Assembly: GCA_951406725.2 (NCBI GenBank)
Contig: OX597842.1
Coordinates: 18,600,001 to 18,664,000 of the forward strand
Reading direction: 5' to 3'
Length of the DNA: 64,000 nucleotides
Source: Octopus vulgaris
Taxonomy: Eukaryota
Part shown: in pieces, positions 14,494 to 29,068 of the stretch
Layout: each line of letters begins with the position of its first letter
How positions within the stretch are numbered: position 1 is the stretch's first letter
Position numbers and translations under genes: made by a program
Notes under the pieces: model-generated
What the model was told of the DNA's origin: nothing
The model's input: the letters and a program-made list of their open reading frames with translations, nothing else
Databases searched by the model: none

Positions 14494-15218
14494 TTAACCC
14501 TTTCATTACCAACCCGGCTGAAACTGGCTCTGGCTCTGAGTATAAATGTCTTGTTTTCATAAGTTTTGAATTAAGATTTTCCACCAAACCTTAGTCACAA
14601 TTTATGTTACTAACACTAGCTTAATGATAATGAAGTTATTTTACTAAATTCTTTGTTATATTTAAAATTAACTGAAAGAAACACAGAACATCTCAACAGA
14701 AATATGGTAACAAAAGGCTTAAAAATATATAATAGAGAAACAATTCTTAACCCTTTTGATACCAACCTGGCTGAAAGCACCTATGACCCTGTAGTACAAA
14801 TGTTTTGTTTTCAGAAGTTTTGAATTAAAATCTTCCACCAAACTTTAGTCACAATTTATGTTCCTAACACCAGCTGAATGATAACTAAGTTATTTTACTA
14901 AATTCTTTGTTATATTTAAAATAATTGAAAGAAACACAGAGCATCTCAGCAGAAATACGGTAACAAAAGGGTAAGTCACCATGATATTTTTAACCCTTTT
15001 CATACCAACCTGACTGAAACCAGCTCTGGTTCTGTAGTACAAATGTCTTGTTTTCATAAGTTTTGAATTAAAATCTTCCACCAAACCTTAGTCACAATTT
15101 ATGTTCCTAACACTAGCTTCATGATAACTAAGTTATTTTACTAAATTCTTTTTTATATTTAAAGTAATTGAAAGAAACACAGAGCATCTCAAAATAAATA
15201 CAGTAACAAAAGGGTTAA
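14494..15218. mobile_element. Three clustered ~225-bp piggyBac-type MITEs (14494-14722, 14747-14974, 14990-15218)
   Basis: TTAA|cccttt..tacc ... g(g)taacaaaaggg|TTAA termini and a shared body; partial fourth copy at ~15241. Confidence 0.8.
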
Positions 15219-15487
15219 TAAAAAATAATATCTTCCAGGGTTAACCATTATGATACCAACCTGCTCAAAACTGCCTTCGTTTCTATAGTACAACTTCCGT
15301 TTTAAAGTGATCTGAAATAAAATAAAAAAAAGAACCTTCCATCAAGAATATGAGGCGATGACAGGAGCAAAAATTAATCCATGTGATGGACTGGCGTCCC
15401 GTCCAGCTGGAGATCACATATGCCATAGAAACCGGGATACCGGGCCCACGAGCCTGGCTAGTCTTTAAAAGGGCGCATTTATTTTGT

Positions 15488-15740
15488 GGAGGCGCATGGC
15501 TTAGTGGTTAAGGTGTCAGCATCATGAGCGTAAGATTGTGGTTTCGATTCTTGGACCGGGCGACGCGTTGTGTTCTTGAGCAAAACACTTCATTTCACGT
15601 TGCTCCAGTCCACTCAGCAGGCAAAAGTGAGTAACGCTGTGATGGACTAGCGTCCCGTCCAGCTGGGGAACACAAACGCCATTGAAACTGGGAAACCGGG
15701 CCCATGAGCCTGGCTAGGCTTTGAAAGGGCGCATTTATTT
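15488..15740 (+). mobile_element. tRNA-derived SINE, with an extra tail copy at 15383-15485
   Basis: A box tggcttagtgg, B box ggtttcgattc, A/T tail. Confidence 0.85.
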
Positions 15741-15871
15741 TATTATTATTTATCACCAAAGTACATTTTGCTTGGCAGAAATTGCCGTCATGAAAATCTC
15801 AAGTCAAATCTTTTTGAGATACATTTTCAGATCGAAAGAGTGGAGTTATTTCCATTGAAGTTGAGAAGCAA

Positions 15872-16980
<1,109 letters not shown>

Positions 16981-17009
16981 GGTCGATATAGATAAGTAGA
17001 TAGGCTGGT

Positions 17010-17058
17010 GGTTGTCAAGCGATGTTGGGTGGGGTGGGGGACAAACACAGACACACAA

Positions 17059-17151
<93 letters not shown>

Positions 17152-17730
17152 TATGACGGGCTTATTTCAGTTTCCGTCTACCAAATCCACTCACCAGGCT
17201 TTAGTCGGCCCGAGGCCATAGCAAAAGACACTTGTCCAACGTGCCACGCAGTGGGAATGAACCCGGAACCATGTGGTTGATATGCAATTCAAACTCGGAA
17301 CGTAACGGCAGACGAAATACCTATTTCTTTCCAACCCACAAAGGGCGAAACATAAAGGGGACAAACAAGAACAAACAAAGGTATTAAGTCGATTACATCG
17401 ACCCCAGTGCGTAACTGGTACTTAATTTATCGACCCTGAAAGAATGAAAAGCAAAGTCGACCTCGGCGGAATTTGAACTCAGAACGTAACGGCAGACGAA
17501 ATACAGCTTCGCATTTCGCCCGGTGTGCTAACGATTCTGCCAGCTCGCCGCCTTATTCAAGTCAACCATATAACGATGAGTGTCACTGCATCGTGTATTA
17601 CTCTGCTTTACAGAGGCCTATGTGCTCCCCATTTGTTGAGTATACCATATTTCAAGTTAATAAACCTAGCGCTAAAGTATACAAGCTAAAGTATACGGCT
17701 ACGCATTTCGCCCGACTTGGTAACGATTCT
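17010..17730 (-). mobile_element. SINE fragments plus a duplicate of the 12.5-12.87 kb SINE head and flank
   Basis: ~17380-17681 matches ~12570-12869, including the non-SINE flank tattcaagtcaaccatataacgatgagtg...aaagtatac. Confidence 0.8.
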
Positions 17731-18784
17731 GTCAGGATAAAGAGAAATACCAGTCTACCCCAAATCTCTCATAAAGCACCACCAACGCAACGAACATTAC
17801 CTAAGGTATTTCATGCCTGTCCAGCGTGAACTTTCACAAAGGGGATTGGAAGCGTTTTGAGAAAGAGATCATGGAACAAAACACGTCTACGAACATTTCT
17901 ATGTAAAACCAAAATTACATAAAGTTGCAACAACTTATCACAACCCAGCACGATACGTTTGTTCCAGAGAAAAACGGTAAATATATAATTGCCATGGATA
18001 CGAGGATTCTGATGAGAAGTCGAAGAAAAATCTTCAAACGTTGAAATGAGAAACAAAAGGATACCAAACGATCCTATTTCAAAGGATAATTGCTCAAGAT
18101 CAACTGCATAGATTACACAAAAATTGTCTTCTTCTATATACTGTAAATATGCATAGTCGAGGTTCAGAAGAATTTACACAGTAAACGTCAGCAATTGCAT
18201 AGGAGAATACCGAGCTCTTACACAGGCCACGGGCAAATGCAGAATTATAGATTTTGGATACATTACCTGTAATAATGCGTTTGGGAAATAAAAACTTTCT
18301 AAACAGTTGCATCGTAACAATTAACGGTACTGCTCTCCGGTTACACGATGAAGCTCATTATATTCTGCTCCTGGGTAGGGATAAATGTGACAGAAACAAC
18401 GTATTGCTAAACAAAATGCGTTGAAGGACAGACCAAAGAAAGCACACATTCCGGTGGAATACCGTTTCTGTTGAGCCAATGTTTAAGACGAATTCATGTC
18501 TTGCTGATTATTAGCAAAAATCACTTCATGACCAGGTTAATATTATAAATCTGATGGCATTTTACTTGAACGGAAAGGAGATTAAATTTTCCAATGGCTG
18601 ATATTGCATAAAACTTACTGAAATTTTATATATTACTTTTACTGAAAAACATCAAGCTCTTTCTTCTAAAACAGATGAAGAAGTTATTTCAAACGGAGTT
18701 TCAGGAAAGAAATCTCATAAAACAGATAACGAGGACAATTGCTTTCAAAAGACGTAGTGACCCTTGCGAGGACCTTTCCTTGGT

Positions 18785-20413
18785 GTCTTGCAAACAACTT
18801 GCACATGCAAGTGCTACCAGTTGAAAGCTCCGTATACCGGAAGCTAGCAAGTGTATGGGGTCATCAGGAGAGAATGCGCGCCGTTTCGGGGCCTACCTCT
18901 CGACGGCATCAATGCGCACCGGCCCCCTCACTGATATGAGGCCCCGCTTGCTAGATCAGCTGGTTATGAAGAACTCAATATACTTCTAGCCATCGCTCAT
19001 CGTCTCTTTTTAACCAAATCCAGGGGCTAGCCTTCTCCACTGTAGATTGGATATCAGTCATGGTGGTATCGACTTTACGATGAGTTTGGCCTAGCGATAA
19101 CAACAGTCGTCTCACGCTGTATCCAACAAACCCTCTACATCCGAGTTCGATAGGAAAATGTTCCGCTTTCCAGCCTGCGTCCTCACATTCCTTTGAGGAG
19201 GTTTGCATAACGGTTCAATTTTCGAGCCCGAGCGGCGTCCATATTATCTTCGTGAGGAACCGTTAGCTCGACTATATTTACAACTTTCTTTCTTTCACAC
19301 CACATCAAAATATCCGGTGTTTTTTTCGAAACTGGGATGGGAAAGAAAACCTGGCACCCAGGTAAAGCTGCAGTTACCTCCCAATAGCCGTTCCACTTTT
19401 CATTTTTCTCAGGAAGTTTCTTGATCTTCTTCTTGAAACGAATCCGCTGATCTGGTGGCAAGAAGGTAATGAAATCTCTTGATGGTAACTTTCAACGGTT
19501 TTTCAGTGTTGTTGAGATGAATTTGGTTCTTGATAGCATTGAAGATAACCTTAAGGACCAAGTTGTGCCTCCATGTGTACCTGTTCAATGCTAATGAACA
19601 GTTGGAAAGAATATGTTTTAGTGTACCGACCTTTCCACATTTGCAGATGTCATTCTCTAAGACATTCCATCTTACTAGATTCGTAGGTGATGGCAAAACA
19701 TCATAAGATGAACGAATCGGGAAACTCAGCCGAGATGTCGTCCACTTCCACATCTCATCCCAGCTTATCTTCCTCTCGACAACATGTTCTTCCCATCTCG
19801 TCATCTGACCTTGATGAACACATCGGGTCAAATGAAGCTCTCTTCTCTCTGATTCTCTTGTTTAGACGCTGTTACTAACAACAGATCTGCGTTCACTCGG
19901 CATCATGCTTGCAAACGGTCTGAACTGATCTGCGCCAAAACCAAGTCCTTTCCGATGGTTCTGCGTTGCTCCCACCATATCTCTGTGTATAAGAGAAGAC
20001 AAGATGTAGTCAGTTTCTGCTTCTGCTTTCCACTTCCTGGCTGTTTTCACCTCTGGTAGGTTACGCCTGATTTCCATATCCTTCGATTCTCTCAGCATCA
20101 CGACCGTCCGTATCTTCTCCAGCTTATATATTTCGACTATTGATGCTATTGGTAGCTGCAACGAACCTCTTTTACGATAAAGAGCTGAGCTGTTCAACAT
20201 ACGAGGTAAGCCTAGCCACTTTCTAATGAACACATTACATTTTTTTTCAATCTTTCAACTCGTGACAATGCTACTTCGTATATTAAAAGTGGCCACACAA
20301 GTCGTTGGTACAAGCCGAACTGCAAGCACCAAATTTTATATTTACCTGGTAACTTCGAATTATCAATCGCTGATAACCCAGCCTCGGCCTGTTTCATAAT
20401 TTCGCTGTCTGAC
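18785..20413 (-). mobile_element. HERO-like RLE non-LTR retrotransposon, 5'-truncated, copy 1 (frameshifted)
   Basis: SKLPGKYKIWCLQFGL..RLVWPLLIYEV; RKWLGLPR; zinc knuckle CKCGKVGTLKHILSNC...RYTWRHN; RLE motif PDILMW...VELTVPHED...RK..RY; PIELGCRGF. Confidence 0.88.
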
Positions 20414-20975
20414 AATTATTTCGGCAAAACAGCACCAAACAAAGTGCTGAGAATTATTAATAACATCGGAATAGGGGAAAGTCTTGGAACATCAGCCATT
20501 GGAAAGTAGGGCTCAAACTCAGTCACAGGCCCTGGTAAATTCCAAGCAAATTTTATATATTACTTTTACTGAAAAACATCAAGCTCTTTCTTCTAAAACA
20601 GATGAAGAAGTTATTTCAATTGGAGTTTCAGGACAGAAATCTCATAAAACAGATAACGAGGACAATTGCTTTCAAAAGGCCATAGTGACACTTGCGAGGA
20701 CCTTTCCTTGGTAAGTATTTCGGCACAACAGCGCCAGACAAAGCATTGGCAATTAATAATAACATCAGAAAAAAAGGAAACTGATGCAATATCAGCCATT
20801 GGATAACTCAGCTCAAACTCAACCACAGGCCTTGGTAAATTCTACATATTAAAACACAACTCCTCAACACTACTAATCAAATATGATGAGGCCCTAATCA
20901 CATGCAGTTACCGCGTTTTTCATACTTTCAAGCTTTACCGGAAATCTAACTGAAACCTAAATAACCACACATTAT

Positions 20976-21358
20976 GGAAGCACTCCGTCGGTTGCGACGA
21001 CGAGGGTTCCGGTTGATCCGATAAACGGAAGAGCCTGCTCGTGAAATTAACGTGCAAGTGCTGAGCACTCCACAGACACGTGTACCCTTAACGTAGTTCT
21101 CGGGGATATTCAGCGTGACACAAAGAGTGACAAGGCCGGCCCTTTTGAAATACAGGTACAACATAAACAGGAAGTAAGAATGAGAGAAAGTTGTGGTGAA
21201 AGAGTACAGCAGGGATCACCACCATCCCCTGCCGGAGCCTCGTGGAGCTTTTAGGTGTTTTCGCTCAATAAACACTCACAACGCCCGGTCTGGGAATCGA
21301 AACCGCGATCCTACGACCGCGAGTCCACTGCCCTAACCACTGGACCATTGCGCATCCC
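20976..21358 (-). mobile_element. tRNA-derived SINE with 11-bp TSD; also at 25192-25577 and 39264-39646
   Basis: TSD ccacacattat at 20965-20975 and 21359-21369; A/B boxes at the right end; empty site at 31247-31257. Confidence 0.9.
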
Positions 21359-21556
21359 CCACACATTATATATCCACAACACCCAGTAGGTATTCCCCAA
21401 AAATCCTACTTATTGAAATCAGAAATATTAAGTTTCTAAATGTTTAGAAATCTAATATTTCTGATTTTGGTGATCAGTGAATAAACTTCACTGAAAATTA
21501 GATATATATATTTACGAAATCGTGACAGATGTCTGCGGCTGGCGGGCTTCTGCTAC

Positions 21557-21603
21557 TCTAGACCGATGATGGACAAAGATCCTGAAACATGCGTGTCTCT
21601 AGA
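21557..21603 (+). ncRNA. Minimal Penelope-type hammerhead variant; copies at 25776-25822, 31447-31493 and 39847-39893
   Basis: tctaga CCGATGA tgga caaaga tcct GAAACA tgcg TGTC tctaga: stem I, near-consensus core (U4>C), stem II, short stem III, GUC. Confidence 0.6.
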
Positions 21604-21769
21604 TGCAGGCCTGGCTGCTGGGGGTGTTTGTCTCCCCTTCGTAAATATATAAGGACACAGGATAAAATGTGTCGAAGCCATCAAGAAGCGTCGATGCTTC
21701 CTAGGGCTAAACATCGGTGTTGTAATCTCCTACTGTCACGTTAAATTGACAGTATACAACCATCCTACT

Positions 21770-22050
21770 TATTGACTTCCATAAAAACCAAAGTGGAGCA
21801 AGAAATTGTACAACAGATCCTTTTGCAGAGATTCCACGCTAATGGAAGATTTCCCAAAAACATAAAGGAAGGCATAATTTGTCCTCTCCATAAAGGAGTT
21901 AGTAGAGCAGATGCTAAAAGTTATACACCTGTCTTTATAGCCTTTCATGTTGACAAACTCATGTAACATGTTGTCAGGAGAAAATTGATCGCCTTCATCG
22001 AAGATAAAGATTTCCGCTCCAACACCCAGCGTCGCTTCCACTCAGAAAAA
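21770..22050 (+). pseudogene. Decayed CR1/Jockey-type RT fragment; also at ~25990, 31660, 40060 and variants at 36190, 42370, 44715 and later
   Basis: GRFPKNIKEGIICPLHKGVSRADAKSYTPV..FHVDKLM*HVVRRKLIAFIEDKDFRSNTQRRFHSEK corresponds to RT motifs P..WK...I.PIHK.G......NYRPISL....K.ME......L..FLE.......QHGFR. Confidence 0.8.
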
Positions 22051-22765
22051 TTCCGAGATCTTAGAATAGCCTCGGTCAAATACAGAATTATAGATGCTGT
22101 ATACATTACCAGTAATAATGCGTTTTGGTAATGAAATCCTTCTAAAAAGTTGCATCGTAACAATTAAGGGTACTGCTCTCCGGCCACGGAATGAAGCTCA
22201 TCATATTCTGCTCCTGGGTAGGGATAAATGCTAAAAAACCCACTGTTGCTTCCGCTCACGAAGAAGTTGTCCCTTTCCTTTGCTTTTTAATGAAATACTT
22301 AAGAGATATGTGTTTTCAACGGCGTAGATTACACGATCATAGACAGGCCACGGGCAAATGCAGAATTATAGATGTTGTATACATTACCAGTAATAATGCG
22401 TTTGGGGAATAAAAACTTTCTTAAAAGTTGCATCGTAACAATTAAGGGTACTGCTCTCCGGCCACGGAATGAAGCTCATTATATTCTGCTCCTGGGTAGG
22501 CATAAATGCTAAAAAGCCCACCGTTGCTTCCGCGCACGAAGAAGTTGTCCCTTTCCTTTGCTTTTTAATGAAATACTTAAGAGATATGTGTTTTCAACGG
22601 CGTAGATTACACGATCATAGACAGGCCACGGGCAAATGCAGAATTATAGATGTTGTATACATTACCAGTAATAATGCGTTTTGGGAATGAAATCCTTCTA
22701 AAAAGTCGCATCGTAACAATTAAGGGTACTGCTCTCCGGCCACGGAATGAAACTCATTATATTCT
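22050..22765 (+). repeat. 278-bp satellite block, ~2.5 monomers
   Basis: ORF starts 22191 and 22469 are 278 bp apart. Confidence 0.95.
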
Positions 22766-23459
22766 GCTCCTGGGTAGGAATAAAAGTGACAGAAACAATG
22801 TATTGCTAAAGAAAGTGCATTCATGAACATATCAAAGAAAATACACATTATGGCGAAACACTGGTTTTGTTGAGCAAATGTTTCAAACGAATTCATGTCT
22901 TGCTGATTATTAGCAGAATTATAGATGTTGGATACATTACCTGTAATAATGCGTTTGGGGAATAAAAACTTTCTAAACAGTTGCATCGTAACAATTAACG
23001 GTACTGCTCTCCGGTTACACGATGAAGCTCATTATATTCTGCTCCTGGGTAGGGATAAATGTGACAGAAACAACGTATTGCTAAACAAAATGCGTTGAAG
23101 GTCAGACCAAAGAAATCACACATTCCGGTGGAATACCGTTTCTGTTGAGCCAATGTTTAAGACGAAATCATGTCTTGCTGATTATTAGCAAAAATCACTT
23201 CATGACCAGGTTAATATTATAAATCTGATGACATTTTACTTGAACGGAAAGGAGATTAAATTTTCCAATGGCTGATATTGCATAAAATTTACTGAAATTT
23301 TATATATTACTTTTACTGAAAAACATCAAGCTCTTTCTTCTAAAACAGATGAAGAAGTTATTTCAAACGGAGTTTCAGGAAAGAAATCTCATAAAACAGA
23401 TAACGAGGACAATTGCTTTCACAAGGCCGTAGTGACCCTTGCGAGTACCATTCCTTGGT

Positions 23460-24630
23460 GTCTTGCAAACAACTTGCACATGCAAGTGCTACCAGTTAAA
23501 AGCTCCGTATACCGGAAGCTAGCAAGTGTATGGGGTCATCAGGAGAGAATGCGCGCCGTTTCGGGGTCTACCTCTCGACGGCATCAATGCGCACCGGCCC
23601 CCACACTGATATGAGGCCCCGCTTGCTAGATCAGCTGGTTATGAAGAACTCAATATACTTCTAGCCATCGCTCATCGTCTCTTTTTAACAAAATCCAGGG
23701 GCTAGCCTTCTCCACTGTAGATTGGATATCAGTCATGGTGGTATCGACTTTACGATAAGTTAGGCCTAGCGATAACAACAGTCGTCTCACGCTGTATCCA
23801 ACAAACCCTCTACATCCGAGTTCGATAGGAAAATGTTCCGCTTTCCAGCCTGCGTCTTCACATTCCTCGAGGAGGTTTGCATAACGGTTCAATTTTCGAG
23901 CCCGAGCGGCGTCCATATTATCTTCGTGAGGAACCGTTAGCTCGACTATATTTACAACTTTCTTTCTTTCACACCACATCAAAATATCTGGTGTTTTTTT
24001 CGAAACTGGGATGGGAAAGAAAACCTGGCACCCAGGTAAAGCTGCAGTTACCTCCCAATAGCCGTTCCACTTTTCATTTTTCTCAGGAAGTTTCTTGATC
24101 TTCTTCTTGAAACGAATCCGCTGATCTGGTGGCAAGAAGGTAATGAAATCTCTTGATGGTAACTTTCAACGATTTTTCAGTGTTGTTGAGATGAATTTGG
24201 TTCTTGATAGCATTGAAGATAACCTTAAGGACCAAGTTGTGCCTCCATGTGTACCTGTTCAATGCTAATGAACAGTTGGAAAGAATATGTTTTAGTGTAC
24301 CGACCTTTCCACATTTGCAGATGTCATTCTCTAAGACATTCCATCTTACTAGATTCGTAGGTGATGGCAAAACATCATAAGATGAACGAATCGGGAAACT
24401 CAGCCGAGATGTCGTCCACTTCCACATCTCATCCCAACTTATCTTCCTCTCAACAACATGTTCTTCCCATCTCGTCATCTGACCTTGATGAACACATCGG
24501 ATCAAATGAAGCTCTCTTCTCTCTGCTTCTCTTGTTTTGACGCTGTTACTAACAACAGATCTGCGTTCACTCGGCATCATGCTTGCAAACGGTCTGTTTC
24601 ATAATTTCAATCCCACGACTTCTGTCTGAC
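23460..24630 (-). mobile_element. HERO-like copy 2, internal deletion at ~24595; RLE frame open (23650-24135)
   Basis: ORFs 24083-24580 and 23650-24135 carry the zinc knuckle and RLE motifs. Confidence 0.88.
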
Positions 24631-26269
24631 AATTATTTCGGCACAACAGCACCAAACAAAGTGCTGAGAATTATTAATAACATCGGAATAGGGGAAAGTC
24701 TTGGAACATCAGCCATTGGAAAGTAGGGCTCAAACTCAGTCACAGGCCCTGGTAAATTCCAAGCAAATTTTATATATTACTTTTACTGAATAACATCAAG
24801 CTCTTTCTTCTAAAACAGATAAAGAAGTTATTTCAAATGGAGTTTCAGGAAAGAAATCTCATAAAACAGATAACGAGGACAATTGCTTTCAAAAGGCCAT
24901 AGTGACACTTGCAAGGACCTTTCCTTGGTAAGTATTTCGGACCAACAGCGCCAGACAAAGCATTGGCAATTAATAATAACATCAGAATAAAGGAAACTGA
25001 CGCAATATCAGCAATAGGATAACTCAGCTCAAACTCAACCACAGGCCTTGGTAAATTCTACTTATTAAAACAAAACTCCTCAACACTACTAATCAAATAT
25101 GATGAGGCCCTAATCACATGCAGTTACCGCGTTTTTCCTACTTTCAAGTTTTACCGGAAATCTAACTGAAACCTAAATAACCACACATTATGGAAGCACT
25201 CCGTCGGTTACGACGACGAGGGTTCCGGTTGATCCGATAAACGGAAGAGCCTGCTCGTGAAATTAACGTGCAAGTGGCTGAGCACTCCACAGACACGTGT
25301 ACCCTTAACGTAGTTCTCGGGGATATTCAGCGTGACACAGAGAGTGACAAGGCCGGCCCTATTGAAATACAGGTACAACATAAACAGGAAGTAAGAGTGA
25401 GAGAAAGTTGTGGTGAAAGAGTACAGCAGGGATCACCACCATCCCCTGCCGTAGCCTCGTGGAGCTTTTAGGTGTGTCTTCGCTCAATAAACACTCACAA
25501 CGCCCGGTCTGGGAATCGAAACCGCGGTCCTACGACCGCGAGTCCACTGCCCTAACCACTGGGCCATTGCGCATCCCCCACACATTATATATCCACAACA
25601 CCCAGTAGGTATTCCCCAAAAATCCTACTTATTGAAATCAGAAATATTAAGTTTCTAAATGTTTAGAAATCTAATATTTCTGATTTTGGTGATCAGTGAA
25701 TAAACTTCACTGAAAATTAGATATATATATTTACGAAATCGTGACAGATGTCTGCGGCTGGCGGGCTTCTGCTACTCTAGACCGATGATGGACAAAGATC
25801 CTGAAACATGCGTGTCTCTAGATGCAGGCCTGGCTGCTGGGGGTGTTTGTCTCCCCTTCGTAAATATATAAGGACACAGGATAAAATGCGTCGAAGCCAT
25901 CAAGAAGCGTCGATGCTTCCTAGGGCTAAACATCGGTGTTGTAATCTCCTACTGTCACGTTAAATTGACAGTATACAACCATCCTACTTATTGACTTCCA
26001 TAAAAACCAAAGTGAAGCAAGAAAATGTACAACAGATCCTCTTGCAGAGATTCCACGCTAATGGAAGATTTCCCAAAAACATAATGGAAGGCATAATTTG
26101 TCCTCTCCATAAAAGAGTTAGTAGAGCAGATGCTAAAAGTTATACACCTGTCTTTATAGCCTTTCATGTTGACAAACTCATGTAACATGTTGTCAGGAGA
26201 AAATTGATCGCCTTCGTAGAAGATAAACATTTCCGCTCCAACACCCAGCGTCGCTTCCACTCAGAAAAA

Positions 26270-28390
26270 TTCCGAGATCTTAGAATAGCCTCGGTCAAAT
26301 GCAGAATTATAGATGTTGTATACATTACCAGTAATAATGCGTTTTGGTAATGAAATCCTTCTAAAAAGTTGCATCGTAACAATTAAGGGTACTGCTCTCC
26401 GGCAACGGAATGAAGCTCATTATATTCTGCTCCTGGGTAGGGATAAATGCTCAAAAACCCACCGTTGCTTCCGCTCAGGAAGAAGTTGTCCCTTTCCTTT
26501 GCTTTTTAATGAAATACTTAAGAGATATGTGTTTTCAACGGCGTAGATTACACGATCTTAGACAGGCCACGGGCAAATGCAGAATTATAGATGTTGTATA
26601 CGTTACCAGTAATAATGCGTTTTGGGAATGAAATCCTTCTAAAAAGTTGCATCGTAACAATTAAGGGTACTGCTCTCCGGCCACGGAATGAAGCTCATTA
26701 TATTCTGCTCCTGGGTAGGGATAAATGCTCAAAAACCCACTGTTGCTTCCGCTCAGGAAGAAGTTGTCCCTTTCCTTTGCTTTTTAATGAAATACTTAAG
26801 AGATATGTGTTTTCAACGGCGTAGATTACACGATCTTAGACAGGCCACGGGCAAATGCAGAATTATAGATGTTGTATACATTACCAGTAATAATGCGTTT
26901 TGGGAATGAAATCCTTCTAAAAAGTCGCATCGTAACAATTAAGGGTACTGCTCTCAGGCCACGGAATGAAGCTCATTATATTCTGCATCAGGGTAGGCAT
27001 AAATGCTCAAAAACCCACCGTTGCTTCCGCTCAGGAAGAAGTTGTCCCTTTCCTTTGCTTTTTAATGAAATACTTAAGAGATATGTGTTTTCAACGGCGT
27101 AGATTACACGATCTTAGACAGGCCACGGGCAAATGCAGAATTATAGATGTTGTATACGTTACCAGTAATAATGCGTTTTGGGAATGAAATCCTTATAAAA
27201 AGTCGCATCGTAACAATTAAGGGTACTGCTCTCCGGCCACGGAATGAAGCTCATTATATTCTGCTCCTGGGTAGGGATAAATGCTCAAAAACCCACCGTT
27301 GCTTCCGCTCAGGAAGAAGTTGTCCCTTTCCTTTGCTTTTTAATGAAATACTTAAGAGATATGTGTTTTCAACGGCGTAGATTACACGATCATAGACAGG
27401 CCACGGGCAAATGCAGAATTATAGATGTTGTATACATTACCAGTAATAATGCGTTTTGGGAATGAAATCCTTCTAAAAAGTCGCATCGTAACAATTAAGG
27501 GTACTGCTCTCAGGCCACGGAATGAAGCTCATTATATTCTGCATCAGGGTAGGCATAAATGCTCAAAAACCCACCGTTGCTTCCGCTCAGGAAAGAGTTG
27601 TCCCTTTCCTTTGCTTTTTAATGAAATACTTAAGAGATATGTGTTTTCAACGGCGTAGATTACACGATCTTAGACAGGCCACGGGCAAATGCAGAATTAT
27701 AGATGTTGTATACATTACCAGTAATAATGCGTTTTGGGAATGAAATCCTTCTAAAAAGTCGCATCGTAACAATTAAGGGTACTGCTCTCAGGCCACGGAA
27801 TGAAGCTCATTATATTCTGCATCAGGGTAGGCATAAATGCTCAAAAACCCACCGTTGCTTCCGCTCAGGAAGAAGTTGTCCCTTTCCTTTGCTTTTTAAT
27901 GAAATACTTAAGAGATATGTGTTTTCAACGGCGTAGATTACACGATCTTAGACAGGCCACGGGCAAATGCAGAATTATAGATGTTGTATACATTACCAGT
28001 AATAATGCGTTTTGGGAATGAAATCCTTCTAAAAAGTCGCATCGTAACAATTAAGGGTACTGCTCTCAGGCCACGGAATGAAGCTCATTATATTCTGCAT
28101 CAGGGTAGGCATAAATGCTCAAAAACCCACCGTTGCTTCCGCTCAGGAAAGAGTTGTCCCTTTCCTTTGCTTTTTAATGAAATACTTAAGAGATATGTGT
28201 TTTCAACGGCGTAGATTACACGATCTTAGACAGGCCACGGGCAAATGCAGAATTATAGATGTTGTATACGTTACCAGTAATAATGCGTTTTGGGAATGAA
28301 ATCCTTCTAAAAAGTTGCATCGTAACAATTAAGGGTACTGCTCTCCGGCCACGGAATGAAGCTCATTATATTCTGCTCCTGGGTAGGAAT
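26270..28390 (+). repeat. 278-bp satellite block, ~7.5 monomers
   Basis: Period 278 from 26410 to 28078. Confidence 0.97.
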
Positions 28391-29068
28391 AAAAGTGACA
28401 GAAACAATGTATTGCTAAAGAAAGTGCATTCATGAACATATCAAAGAAAATACACATTATGGCGAAACACTGGTTTTGTTGAGCAAATGTTTCAAACGAA
28501 TTCATGTCTTGCTGATTATTAGCAGAATTATAGATGTTGGATACATTACCTGTAATAATGCGTTTGGGGAATAAAAACTTTCTAAACAGTTGCATCGTAA
28601 CAATTAACGGTACTGCTCTCCGGTTACACGATGAAGCTCATTATATTCTGCTCCTGGGTAGGGATAAATGTGACAGAAACAACGTATTGCTAAACAAAAT
28701 GCGTTGAAGGTCAGACCAAAGAAATCACACATTCCGGTGGAATACCGTTTCTGTTGAGCCAATGTTTAAGACGAATTCATGTCTTGCTGATTATTAGCAA
28801 AAATCACTTCATGACCAGGTTAATATTATAAATCTGATGACATTTTACTTGAACGGAAAGGAGATTAAATTTTCCAATGGCTGATATTGCATAAAATTTA
28901 CTGAAATTTTATATATTACTTTTACTGAAAAACATCAAGCTCTTTCTTCTAAAACAGATGAAGAAGTTATTTCAAACGGAGTTTCAGGAAAGAAATCTCA
29001 TAAAACAGATAACGAGGACAATTGCTTTCACAAGGCCGTAGTGACCCTTGCGAGGACCTTTCCTTGGT

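Noticed and set aside
15488-15560. tRNA genes at SINE heads (also 2280-2350, 21290-21358, 62933-63000)
   Set aside because: A and B boxes are present, but I could not see a full cloverleaf and each continues into a SINE body.
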